Below, in pieces: positions 1 to 9,337 of a stretch of 64,000 bases of DNA (positions are counted from its first letter, which is position 1; each line of letters begins with the position of its first letter). Below the pieces are notes generated by a model. That model worked only from the letters and a program-made list of their open reading frames with translations. It had not been told where the DNA came from and searched no databases. The position numbers and the translations under genes were made by a program. The DNA comes from Phycisphaerae bacterium (GTDB taxonomy: Bacteria; Planctomycetota; Phycisphaerae; WQYP01), in the NCBI GenBank assembly GCA_038248985.1, contig JBBRWV010000002.1:278-64277 (forward strand). The letters are read 5' to 3'.

Positions 1-9
1 CCCTTTCCC

Positions 10-570
10 GTGCCCCAAAAATCTTGTAAGTCCTGCGGAAATCATCACATGCATCTCTGCGAACGCTGCAACAAACAAGCCACCGTCCACCTGACCGAAA
101 TCAGCGGCGGAAAACCTCACGACAAACATCTCTGCGACACCTGCGCCGCCGAACTCGGTTTCGTCCAGCAATCCCACGTTCCAATCAATGAATTACTCAA
201 CCAATTCCTCAAAACCCAAGCCCAGATGCCCGATGCGCAAACCCACAGTTGCAGCGATTGCGGCCTCACCTGGCAGGAATTCAAGGATACCGGCCTTCTC
301 GGCTGCGGCGGAGATTACCACCTCTTCGAAAAACAACTCGAAGGCGTCATCACCCGCGCCCAGCAAGGTGCCACCCATCACACCGGCAAAATTCCCACGC
401 GAAATGTACGGCCCAAACGCGGCCAACCCAGTGATGCCGTCCGGCTGCGCCAATCTGAAATTAATCGACTCAAGAAAGAACTCGCCACTGCCGTCGAATC
501 CGAAAGTTACGAACTCGCGGCCAAACTTCGCGATCAGCTCCGCAGCATTGAATCGCAAAACGCCCCCTAG
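10..570 (+). CDS. mcsA: McsA-like activator of protein arginine kinase. It has N-terminal CxxC zinc fingers and a C-terminal UvrB/UvrC motif. The likely true start is the ATG at 49 (MHLCERCNKQATVHLTEI), but the frame is open to the window edge.
   Basis: Paired CxxC motifs (CKSCG, CERC, CDTC, CSDCG). C-terminal 'SEINRLKKELATAVESESYELAAKLRDQL' is the UVR motif typical of McsA. Sits immediately upstream of mcsB. Confidence 0.65.
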   Translation: MPQKSCKSCGNHHMHLCERCNKQATVHLTEISGGKPHDKHLCDTCAAELGFVQQSHVPINELLNQFLKTQAQMPDAQTHSCSDCGLTWQEFKDTGLLGCGGDYHLFEKQLEGVITRAQQGATHHTGKIPTRNVRPKRGQPSDAVRLRQSEINRLKKELATAVESESYELAAKLRDQLRSIESQNAP

Positions 571-620
571 TGCCCGGCATAACGGGCGTCTATCTGCTAT
601 AACACCTCCTTCGTCCCTCG

Positions 621-1721
621 ATGATATTGCTTCTTCATTCTTGCTTCTCACGGATGCCCATGAACCTCGACCAACTCAGCTCCCAGTCCGGCGAATGGCT
701 CTCCGACTCGGGCCCGCAGCATGAAATCGTCATCAGCTCCCGGGTCCGCCTGGCCCGCAATGTCGCCGCCTATCCCTTCATGTCCAAAGCCAACCGACTG
801 CAACGCACCGAGCTTCACAAAACCTGCCGCGAGCATCTCCTCCATCTCGCGTCCGGCCGTCAAATCTTCTACGTCGATATGGACAAAACGAACGAGCTCG
901 ATCGCCAACTCCTGGTCGAACGTCACCTCATTTCCAAACAACACGCCGCCGGTGAAGGCGCCCGGGGCGTCGCCATCAGCCACGATGAAGCCATCAGCGT
1001 GATGGTCAATGAAGAGGATCACCTCCGGGTCCAGATTTTGCGATCCGGTCTTCAGCTTGCCGCCGCCTGGACCGAAGCCGACAAACTCGACGATCTTCTA
1101 CAGGAGCAACTCGATTTCGCGTTCTCTCCACGTTTCGGCTTCCTCACCGCCTGTCCCACGAATGTCGGCACCGGGCTCCGCGTCTCGGTCATGCTCCACC
1201 TTCCCGCACTCAAGCTCACCGGCGAGATCGAAAAAGTCTTCCGCGCCGCCAAGGATATGCACTTGGCCATCCGCGGGCTCTACGGTGAGGGCACCGATGC
1301 CGTCGGCGATTTCTACCAAATCTCCAACCAAACCACCCTCGGTCGCGCCGAACAGGAGATCCTCACCGAGTTCGCGGACACCATCATCCCCCGCATCATT
1401 CAAGCGGAGGTCAATGCTCGGCAAATCCTCGCCAATGAACGCCCCATCACCCTCGACGATAAAATCGGCCGCGCCATCGGCATTCTCAAATACGCCCGAC
1501 TCCTCTCCTCCGAAGAAACGCTCTACTTCCTCTCGCACCTCCGCCTCGGCGTCGTAATGTCCCGCGTTTCCGGCATCGACTTGCCCACTCTCAATTCCCT
1601 TTTCCTCCAAACCCAACCCGCCCACCTGCAACGCCATCTCGGCAAGACCCTGGATGGTGACGCCCGCAAGAGCGCCCGTGCGGAATTCGTTCGCGCCCGT
1701 ATCGGCAAAAATAATCTCTAG
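621..1721 (+). CDS. mcsB: Protein arginine kinase McsB (ATP:guanido phosphotransferase family). The start may be the internal Met at 660 (MNLDQLSS).
   Basis: Phosphagen-kinase active-site signature 'FLTACPTNVGTGLRVSVMLHLPAL' (CP-x-N-x-GTG-x-R). Length about 355-366 aa. Follows mcsA. Confidence 0.8.
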   Translation: MILLLHSCFSRMPMNLDQLSSQSGEWLSDSGPQHEIVISSRVRLARNVAAYPFMSKANRLQRTELHKTCREHLLHLASGRQIFYVDMDKTNELDRQLLVERHLISKQHAAGEGARGVAISHDEAISVMVNEEDHLRVQILRSGLQLAAAWTEADKLDDLLQEQLDFAFSPRFGFLTACPTNVGTGLRVSVMLHLPALKLTGEIEKVFRAAKDMHLAIRGLYGEGTDAVGDFYQISNQTTLGRAEQEILTEFADTIIPRIIQAEVNARQILANERPITLDDKIGRAIGILKYARLLSSEETLYFLSHLRLGVVMSRVSGIDLPTLNSLFLQTQPAHLQRHLGKTLDGDARKSARAEFVRARIGKNNL

Positions 1722-1809
1722 AACAAAATGCATATTTCCGCCATTGTTCATGGACCACGAATCGTCGAAAATGAATCGTGATATTGTTCCTTTTTCCATC
1801 GGGTGATGC

Positions 1810-2985
1810 ATGAACTCTCTCTGGCGAAATTTCCGCTATGCCGTTCTCCTCGGCGGCTTTGTCCTCCTCGGCGCTTACCTATTCATGACCACGCCCTGGC
1901 ATGAGTATATCTACGGCAAGCCCACGTACTCCGAAGTTATCGTCGAGGGGCAACCCATCGTCGACGCCCTCTACCGCTTCAAAACCGAACGCGGCCTCTG
2001 GCCCCAATATATCGAAGACCTCTTCCCCGATTATCTGCCGCAACGACCGGATACTGCATGGTACTACACTCTCACGCCTCAAGGCCCTTCGCTCGCCAAG
2101 GCCCGCAGCACGGACAAACGGCGCACTCACATCGGCTATGATTTCGACCCGCGTTCGCCCACGTGGCGTGCCTTCGGCGATTCCGACAACCGCGTTTTAC
2201 AGACTCTCCCACCACCTGCGACCAGCACTTCCGCTCCTTCTTCCGAGCAGCGCCTCGCCAACTCTCTCGCGGAACTCGACCGCCGAATCGTCCGCGAGCC
2301 CGGCGACATGGACCACTGGCGTCACAAGGTTTCCATCCTGCGCAAAGCCGGCCGCATCCCCGAAGCCCAGACCGTCATCCAGGAAGCACTCACGCGTTAC
2401 CCCGCCAACTTCTGGCCTCGCCTCGCACTTGCAGCTTTGCAGTTTGAGACGTTCAACAACACGACTTCCCCCACCACGTTCCCCGACGTCACCAGCGAAT
2501 TCGATCAATGGACCAAAGACAATCCCTCCTATTCCCATAGTTTCTATCTCTCCGTCCTCCACCGGCTCGCCAACAACGACCCCGCCGCTTTGGCTACGCT
2601 CGAAAAAATGCCCGCGCTCCCCATGCAACTCCTCGCTGGCGATGACCAGTCGCTGGACTACTACGCTTGGGATGCGTCGCGATTTGCCCTCGCTCAGCAG
2701 CGATGGGATCTTGTTGTCGCCCTCTGCGACCAATGGCAAAAAACCGTGGAGGATGGCAATGCCAAGCAATACAGTTTCCTGCCCATTCGCGCTGCGGCCC
2801 GCCTGGCCCTGGGCGATTTTGACAAAGCCCAGGCGGATGTGGACCGTCTCCGCGCGGAAAACGTCAACACCTGGTCCAAGAATGAACCCGCGCTCGAAGC
2901 GGCGATCAAAGCCAAAGACAAAACTTTCCGCTATCCCCCCGGCCCGCTGCCCGCGCCTTACTCAGTTTTCGCCCAGCCCGAATAG
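1810..2985 (+). CDS. Hypothetical membrane-anchored protein. It has an N-terminal TM helix and a helical, TPR-like periplasmic or cytoplasmic domain.
   Basis: Hydrophobic N-terminus 'YAVLLGGFVLLGAYLFM'. The rest is predicted alpha-helical repeats. No recognisable catalytic motif. Confidence 0.4.
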   Translation: MNSLWRNFRYAVLLGGFVLLGAYLFMTTPWHEYIYGKPTYSEVIVEGQPIVDALYRFKTERGLWPQYIEDLFPDYLPQRPDTAWYYTLTPQGPSLAKARSTDKRRTHIGYDFDPRSPTWRAFGDSDNRVLQTLPPPATSTSAPSSEQRLANSLAELDRRIVREPGDMDHWRHKVSILRKAGRIPEAQTVIQEALTRYPANFWPRLALAALQFETFNNTTSPTTFPDVTSEFDQWTKDNPSYSHSFYLSVLHRLANNDPAALATLEKMPALPMQLLAGDDQSLDYYAWDASRFALAQQRWDLVVALCDQWQKTVEDGNAKQYSFLPIRAAARLALGDFDKAQADVDRLRAENVNTWSKNEPALEAAIKAKDKTFRYPPGPLPAPYSVFAQPE

Positions 2986-3024
2986 TCAGAATTACTATTC
3001 GCGACCGCGCCGTGGTTGACACAC

Positions 3025-4374
3025 TCACCGCGTCCCTGGACGAACGATAAAAATAAACCGCGCATCTCCCCACACATCCCGTTTATTCTTTTTGTAGTCC
3101 GGATGCTGGCGTCCCACGGTGGTCACGACAAAATCGCGATACTTCGCAGACTGCGTATCCAGCGACTTAAACCCCTCCACCGCTATCAAGCGATACCATT
3201 GCCCCTCGCTCACCTCGATCGCCACATTCACGCCGCGCTCGGCCAGAAACGCCGCATTCCGTTGGGCCACAACCTGGCTCTTCGTCTGGGCAATTAACAG
3301 ATATTGCAACTCCGGATTCCACGCGTACTGCCCGGGATTCCAAACCTTTCCCTCCGGTCGGGCCTTCTCAACGTCTGTCCCTGCGCCGCCCGTGTTCCCC
3401 GGAATTCCCCCGTTATTTCCCTGTGCCACCGGCGGCTGCATCACGGTATTGCTAGAATTCAATTCCGTAAACGACGGCTTGAACCCCGAGGGCGGCGGAA
3501 CGCGCTGGCCTTCACCCATCCCCACAATCTTCTGGTTGCCCTCACTCTTCACGGGCGTGCGTCCCCAGGCCAAATACACCACTCCCACAATCAGCAGCAG
3601 AACCACTACCACCGCACCCGCCAACAGACCCAGCGGCATACGCGAAAATGATGACCGCTGCTGATTCATCCAGTTGTGCCGGGCAATCGTCGCTCGATCC
3701 ACGCTCTGGGGCGCAAAAACTCCCGTCGGCAATTTCCGCGGCACGCTTGGCGGAGGCGCCGCCGAAGGGGGACTCGGGGCCGGTTCCACCGGTACCACCG
3801 CTGGTGGAGCTATCGAAGGGGCCTCAACTGGCGGAACACTCGATACCAAGCTGGAAACAGGGACGGCTGGGGGGACCACAGCGGGCGAATCAACGCTCGC
3901 TGCGGGCGAATCATTGTCCGTCGCATTGACCACCACCGGATTCACTACCATTGTCGGCGGTCGAATCGAAGGCGATCCCTCGGCATGGTCGTCTGGATTG
4001 AACAATCGATGCTGTGCATCCTGCGCGGAAGCGGGAGTTGCCGTCACCGGTGCACTATGGGCATAGGCCACGCCGTTTTCACGTTTGGCGAGCCGCGCGG
4101 CCAGCGCCGAAGGCACCGGCTCATTTTCCACGGGCCGCGATGTTACCTTGATCCCCTCGTCGCCTTCGTGCCCCCCCCCGGTGATTCCGCCGGCTGAAGT
4201 TCCCGCGGCCGCAGGATTGGACTTACTGGACCACCAACTGGGAATTTTCAACTGTCCCGTGGTTTTCGGCACCTTCAGCGTGCTCTTGTCGATCAACTCA
4301 AACAACGCCGCTGAATCTTTTCGTTTATTCGTAGCCATTTTGCGCTCCGCGTGTCGCCTCGCGACAATGTGCAT
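3025..4374 (-). CDS. Hypothetical bitopic protein with a Pro/Ala/Val-rich N-terminal region, one TM helix and a C-terminal globular domain.
   Basis: Long ORF with coding-like composition. TM segment 'LGLLAGAVVVVLLLIVGVVYLAW'. PAVVPPAVPV-type low-complexity linker. No motif recognised. Confidence 0.4.
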   Translation of the reverse strand: MHIVARRHAERKMATNKRKDSAALFELIDKSTLKVPKTTGQLKIPSWWSSKSNPAAAGTSAGGITGGGHEGDEGIKVTSRPVENEPVPSALAARLAKRENGVAYAHSAPVTATPASAQDAQHRLFNPDDHAEGSPSIRPPTMVVNPVVVNATDNDSPAASVDSPAVVPPAVPVSSLVSSVPPVEAPSIAPPAVVPVEPAPSPPSAAPPPSVPRKLPTGVFAPQSVDRATIARHNWMNQQRSSFSRMPLGLLAGAVVVVLLLIVGVVYLAWGRTPVKSEGNQKIVGMGEGQRVPPPSGFKPSFTELNSSNTVMQPPVAQGNNGGIPGNTGGAGTDVEKARPEGKVWNPGQYAWNPELQYLLIAQTKSQVVAQRNAAFLAERGVNVAIEVSEGQWYRLIAVEGFKSLDTQSAKYRDFVVTTVGRQHPDYKKNKRDVWGDARFIFIVRPGTR

Positions 4375-4560
4375 CCTGCTTGAACCGTGCCCGCTCCGGG
4401 GCCCATTCTGAAAGCTTATCTATCTTCGACAAAGGACACAACAAAAGTCCAATCTTTGCTAACCTTCGCTCCTCCGCGTTTTAGACATTTTCGGCAAGTT
4501 TTTCGCCCGCGCGCCGTTTAGTAATCCATTGCCCCAGTTGTCACTAGCCAAGGAGCTCTC

Positions 4561-5505
4561 ATGCCCTCATCGACGGATTGGTTTCATGATGCCCAATGGG
4601 GCGTTCTCACGCACTACCTCGAATCTCCGGCCTCCCATGAGCAGCCCGGTTCGACATCCTCCGAAGCGTGGCATCGCCGAGTTGATTCTTTCGATGTCCA
4701 GCGCCTCGCCAGTCAACTCGAATCCATCGGCGCTCGTTACTACTTCATCACCCTGGGCCAAAACTCCGGCCATTATTGCTCGCCCAATGCCACTTACGAT
4801 TCCATCGTGGGTCGCAAACCCAGCCGGTGCTCCTCGCGCGATCTCTTCGCCGACCTCTATGATGCCCTCGCCCCAAAAAATATCCGTCTCCTCGCCTACA
4901 TCACCGCCGGCGCTCCGGAATTCGACGCTCTCGCCGTCGAAAAACTCCACTGGCAACGCGGTCCCCATCGCCTTGCGGAATTTCAGATACTCTGGGAATC
5001 GGTCATCCGCGAATGGACCACCCGCTGGGGCAAAAAACTCAGCGGCTGGTGGGTCGATGGGTGCTTCTGGGATGAAGTTTACAGCCACGCGCAAGCCCCA
5101 AATTGGGCCTCCCTCACGGCCGCACTCAAAGCTGGAAACCCCGACGCCATCATTGCTCTTAGCAAAGGCGGATGCCACACGCCCATCTCCCGCCACAATG
5201 AATTCGAAGACTTTACCGGCGGCGAACTCACCAACGACCTCCCCGTCGCGACTTGGACCAAGGGCACAAAATGGCCCTGCTCTTCCATCTCCCGGGACGT
5301 TGCCGGCGCCCAGTTCCATATCCTCAACTTCCTCGGCGAGTGGTGGGGCCAGGGCGAGCCGCGATTCCCCGATGAACTCACGGTCGGTTACACGCGCTAT
5401 ATCAACCAGCATGGCGGAGTCGTCACTTGGGATGTCCCGATCACCCCGGACGGACAAATACCCGATCCCTTTATCCGTCAACTGCAGAAACTTAACCGCA
5501 AATAA
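4561..5505 (+). CDS. GH29-like (alpha-L-fucosidase family) catalytic-domain protein. It is short and lacks the C-terminal beta-sandwich.
   Basis: N-terminal 'WFHDAQWGVLTHY' resembles the GH29 'WF.DAKFG.F.HWG' motif. 'WWVDGCFWD' resembles the GH29 'LWFDGGW' motif. 'RDLFADLYDALAPKNIRLLAYIT' is also GH29-like. Confidence 0.45.
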   Translation: MPSSTDWFHDAQWGVLTHYLESPASHEQPGSTSSEAWHRRVDSFDVQRLASQLESIGARYYFITLGQNSGHYCSPNATYDSIVGRKPSRCSSRDLFADLYDALAPKNIRLLAYITAGAPEFDALAVEKLHWQRGPHRLAEFQILWESVIREWTTRWGKKLSGWWVDGCFWDEVYSHAQAPNWASLTAALKAGNPDAIIALSKGGCHTPISRHNEFEDFTGGELTNDLPVATWTKGTKWPCSSISRDVAGAQFHILNFLGEWWGQGEPRFPDELTVGYTRYINQHGGVVTWDVPITPDGQIPDPFIRQLQKLNRK

Positions 5506-5709
5506 AAACGAAATCTCCTGCGGTGTCTATCGTTATACTGCTCGCATACATTTCTCCCCCTGTGACTCATCCACGCGTTTGACCCCTACCTCACCTTGGC
5601 GCACGCCCGTGCAGCCACTCGCACACTGTGCCATGCGCCGGGACTTTTTGAACACGTGAATTCACCCGCGACTCTCTGCGTTCATCTGCGCTTTTGAACC
5701 CGTGATTTC

Positions 5710-7821
5710 TTGAATCTCACTTCCGTGGAGCCCAACATGGCAGTGCGGCGACTTCGCGTATTCACCGTCTCGCTCGGCGCTTGCACACTCATCGCGGCCG
5801 CGGCGTTTAGCCTGCGTACCGAAACCTTTGCCGCCACGCCGGCCAAATCCGAGCGTCGATCCAACGCACCCCAACATATTGATGTGCTTATCGCCGATGC
5901 CGCCAAGTCGAAGAACCTCACCCCCCTGCCGATCTGCGATGATCCCGCGTTTCTCCGTCGGGCGACCCTCGACCTAATTGGCCGCATCCCCACTTACGAC
6001 GAATACCAACTCTTCTTCAAAGACCCCGCCCCCCAGCGCCGCGAAAACCTCCTGCAGCGACTCCTCAACTCCCCCGCCTTCGTCGACCGTTGGTCCGTCT
6101 TCTTCGGCGAAATGCTGAACGTCCGCTCGCGTGAGGAATACGGCCGCGGACTCGATCTCTTCATCCGTAAATCGCTCGCCGACAAAAAGCCCTACGATCA
6201 GATGGCCCGTGAGATGATCTCTGCCGCAGGCTCCACCAAGGGCGCCCAACCCGCTGGTTTCCTTCTGGCCGAAAATGGCGACCCCTTCCAACTCGCGGCC
6301 AAAACCACCCACGTCTTTCTCGGCACTCGCATCAGTTGCGCCCAGTGCCACAACCATCCATTCGATACTTGGAAGCGTCGGCAGTTTTATGGCGTCGCCG
6401 CCTACTTCGGCAAAACCCGCCTGTACTTCCCCAATGATCAAGCCAATGCACCCGTCGTTACCGATGACCAAAACAACGTCGTCCACTGGCCGCCCAACAA
6501 CAAAAAAGCCCCGCCCCTCGATCCCGCGTGGCCGTTTCCGGTCGAAAGCAAAACCAACCTGCAGGAGGTTCTCGACCGACGCAACGCCAAGCTCGAGGCC
6601 CGCACCGCCGACGAAATCCTTGTCGACCGCAGCCCTGCTTCCTCCTCCAGCCCCCTCCGAAAAGACAATGATTTTGCCTATCTCGACTCCGCCCGCGACA
6701 CCATGGAGGATGCCGCAGAAAAAATCCGCCTCGCCCCTACGCGGGACAAACTTGCCGAGCTCGTCACGTCCGCCCAGAACCGCCTCTTCGCGGAGACTTT
6801 TGCCAACCGCCTCTGGGCCGAACTCCTCGGCCGCGGCATCGTCAACCCCGTCGATGACTTCCGCGCCGATAACCCCCCTTCCAATCCCGCCCTGCTCAAA
6901 TTTCTCGGCGAAGAGTTCGTCGCCTCCGATTACGACATTCGTGCGGTGCTCCACACCATCATGCTGACCCAGACCTACCAGCGCATCCACGCCTCGGCTG
7001 ATTCGCCCAACCGCAAACTACTCGAAGAAAATTTCTGCGCCGCACCCCTTCGCCGCATGTTTGCAGAGCAAGTGTATGACAGCATTGTCGTCGCCGGCCA
7101 TCTGACGCGTCCCAAGCACAGGCCCGGGCAAAATCTTCGCCAAGTCTCCGAAACGCTCGTCATCGCCCGCGAAAAAAATCCCCCGGCACCGGAGAAACCG
7201 GTTGCCCCACAACCCGCCGAAAAAATGACTCCCACTGAAAAAGCCCCCGCCGAAAACGCCGATGCGGAGATCGACGACCTCCTCAGCAATCCTGAAGAAA
7301 AAGTCAAAATGCTCGCTGGCGTGGAAATGCTCGCCGATCCCCAGGAAGTTCTCAAACCCACGACACCCGAACGGCGACCCGCCAAAGATTACACCTACGA
7401 ATACAAAAGAATCACCCGCGTTTATGACTTTAACCCGTCCTTCTCCACCGCTTTCGAAATCCGCGCTCCCGCTCCTCCGGAACACTTCCTCCGGCAGTTC
7501 GGGCAATCCCCCCGCCAACTGCTCGGCGACCAGCGCGATCAGCAGCCCGCCCTGCGCCAGGCTCTTATCCTCATGAATGGTGATCTCGCCAATGAAGCGG
7601 CGCGCCTTGGCGAGCTCGAACCGCTCTTCCGCCTCCTTGCCGAAGAAAACCTCCAACCCGCCATTCGGCGCATCTATATCGACATTCTCACCCGCGAGCC
7701 CACCGCCGCCGAACACGCTTCTGCTCAAAGCCTCCTCGCTACTGCCGCCACCCGGGCGGACTCCCTTTCCGACCTCCGATGGACTCTCCTGAACTCCCTC
7801 GAATTCCGCTATCTCCCGTAA
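5710..7821 (+). CDS. DUF1549/DUF1553 family protein (Planctomycete PSCyt/PSD-type, heme-binding-motif-like). It has a signal peptide. The start may be the Met at 5737.
   Basis: 'FLGTRISCAQCHNHPFDTWKRRQFYGVAAYF' is the conserved CxxCH-like DUF1549 signature. The C-terminal half resembles DUF1553. It is immediately followed by a DUF1501 gene, which is the canonical pairing. Confidence 0.7.
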   Translation: MNLTSVEPNMAVRRLRVFTVSLGACTLIAAAAFSLRTETFAATPAKSERRSNAPQHIDVLIADAAKSKNLTPLPICDDPAFLRRATLDLIGRIPTYDEYQLFFKDPAPQRRENLLQRLLNSPAFVDRWSVFFGEMLNVRSREEYGRGLDLFIRKSLADKKPYDQMAREMISAAGSTKGAQPAGFLLAENGDPFQLAAKTTHVFLGTRISCAQCHNHPFDTWKRRQFYGVAAYFGKTRLYFPNDQANAPVVTDDQNNVVHWPPNNKKAPPLDPAWPFPVESKTNLQEVLDRRNAKLEARTADEILVDRSPASSSSPLRKDNDFAYLDSARDTMEDAAEKIRLAPTRDKLAELVTSAQNRLFAETFANRLWAELLGRGIVNPVDDFRADNPPSNPALLKFLGEEFVASDYDIRAVLHTIMLTQTYQRIHASADSPNRKLLEENFCAAPLRRMFAEQVYDSIVVAGHLTRPKHRPGQNLRQVSETLVIAREKNPPAPEKPVAPQPAEKMTPTEKAPAENADAEIDDLLSNPEEKVKMLAGVEMLADPQEVLKPTTPERRPAKDYTYEYKRITRVYDFNPSFSTAFEIRAPAPPEHFLRQFGQSPRQLLGDQRDQQPALRQALILMNGDLANEAARLGELEPLFRLLAEENLQPAIRRIYIDILTREPTAAEHASAQSLLATAATRADSLSDLRWTLLNSLEFRYLP

Positions 7822-7874
7822 TGCGTTCTCCGCTCAGGCATCAGGCCGCCTCGTCGTCAAAAAGGAATCGCCGT

Positions 7875-9152
7875 ATGGATTACTGCTGCAACTCTTACAA
7901 AACCATGACCCGTCGCAACGTGTTGCAGGCCACGGGCGCGGGACTCGCCACGCTCCTCACCATGTCCGTTCGCTCCCTCGTCGTCCATGCCGGCCAGGAC
8001 CGCAAAGCCGCCGCCGATCACGTCATCCTCCTCTGGATGTCCGGAGGCATGTCGCACGTTGACACCTTCGACCCCAAACCCGACAACGCCGCCATCGCCG
8101 GTGAATTCAAATCCATCAACACCTCTGCGGACGGTATTCAACTCGGTGAAATTCTTCCTCTCACCGCCAAACAAATGAAACACGCATCGCTCGTTCGCTC
8201 GCTTCACGGCGCTGAAGGCGACCACGGACGCGCCACCTACAACCTCCTCACGAATTACCGCATGACTCCCCAACTCGTTCACCCCTCCCTCGGCTCGGTC
8301 GTCGTCAGCCAGCTCGCCCAGCAAGGCGACTTGCCCGCTTTCGTCTCCGTCTCCGGCCGTGCCCTCTCCTCCGGCTACCTGGGCCAGAAATGCGAAGCCT
8401 ACTACATCGGCTCCGCCGGCACGCCTGATCCCTACGCCAAGCTACCCGACGGACTCACCCATATCCGCGCCAACAAACGTCTCGAACTCCTGCAGCAAAT
8501 GAATAAACAATACGCGTCCACGCGCACCGACGATCTCTTCGACGCCACGCAGGGGACGTATGCCGCAGCGGATAAATTCATGCACAGCCCCGCCCTCAAG
8601 GCCTTCGACCTCGATGCCGAGAAACCCGAAACCCGCGCCGCCTATGGAGACTCCTCCTTTGGCCGCGGATGTCTCCTGGCGCGACGTCTCGTGGATGAAG
8701 GTGTTCGCTTCGTCCAGGTGAACCTTGGCGGTTTCGACACCCACTCCAATAATTTCACCACCATGCGCCGCCTCGGCGGCATCATCGACCCCGCCATCGG
8801 CTCACTCCTCTCCGACCTCGCAGCCAGTGGCAAACTCGATCGCACCCTCGTCCTCATGATGTCCGAGTTCGGTCGCACACCCACCATCAACTCCAATGCC
8901 GGGCGTGATCACCACCCCGGCGTCTTCTCCGCCCTCCTCGCCGGCGGCGGCCTCAAGAAAGGTACCGTTTTCGGTGCCTCCGACGCCGACGCCCGCAAAC
9001 CCAAGGACCAGCCCGTCACTCCTGGCGATATCCACGCCACCATCTGCCACCAACTCGGCATCGATCCCGAAACCAGGGTCGAAACCCCGCTCGGCCGCCC
9101 CATGCGCCTCGTCGACGAAGGCACCCCCATCAAATCTCTGCTCACCGGCTGA
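7875..9152 (+). CDS. DUF1501 family protein (sulfatase/phosphatase-like fold) with a Tat signal. It is the partner of the upstream DUF1549/DUF1553 gene.
   Basis: Twin-arginine motif 'MTRRNVLQATGAGLATLL'. Conserved 'VILLWMSGGMSHVDTFDPKP' DUF1501 N-terminal block. RBS aaggaa 8 nt upstream of the ATG at 7875. The ORF track starts at 7779, which overlaps the upstream gene. Confidence 0.7.
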   Translation: MDYCCNSYKTMTRRNVLQATGAGLATLLTMSVRSLVVHAGQDRKAAADHVILLWMSGGMSHVDTFDPKPDNAAIAGEFKSINTSADGIQLGEILPLTAKQMKHASLVRSLHGAEGDHGRATYNLLTNYRMTPQLVHPSLGSVVVSQLAQQGDLPAFVSVSGRALSSGYLGQKCEAYYIGSAGTPDPYAKLPDGLTHIRANKRLELLQQMNKQYASTRTDDLFDATQGTYAAADKFMHSPALKAFDLDAEKPETRAAYGDSSFGRGCLLARRLVDEGVRFVQVNLGGFDTHSNNFTTMRRLGGIIDPAIGSLLSDLAASGKLDRTLVLMMSEFGRTPTINSNAGRDHHPGVFSALLAGGGLKKGTVFGASDADARKPKDQPVTPGDIHATICHQLGIDPETRVETPLGRPMRLVDEGTPIKSLLTG

Positions 9153-9337
9153 TGTCGCCGCGCGCATCCCTATCCGCAGGCGGTTGCGCGTAGCACGGCC
9201 TGCCCGCCACATTCTATTCACATATAGACTATATCCATCCCAATCAGACGATTGTATCCCCTCAATTACTTACGATAATACCCATCCACATATCGCACAA
9301 AAAGACTATAACAACCTCAACCCCACAAGGAGACTCC

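Noticed and set aside
4529-5659. 376-aa alternative-frame ORF overlapping the GH29-like gene.
   Set aside because: Its Pro/Ser/Arg-rich low-complexity translation has no motifs, whereas the 4561-5505 frame carries the GH29-like blocks.
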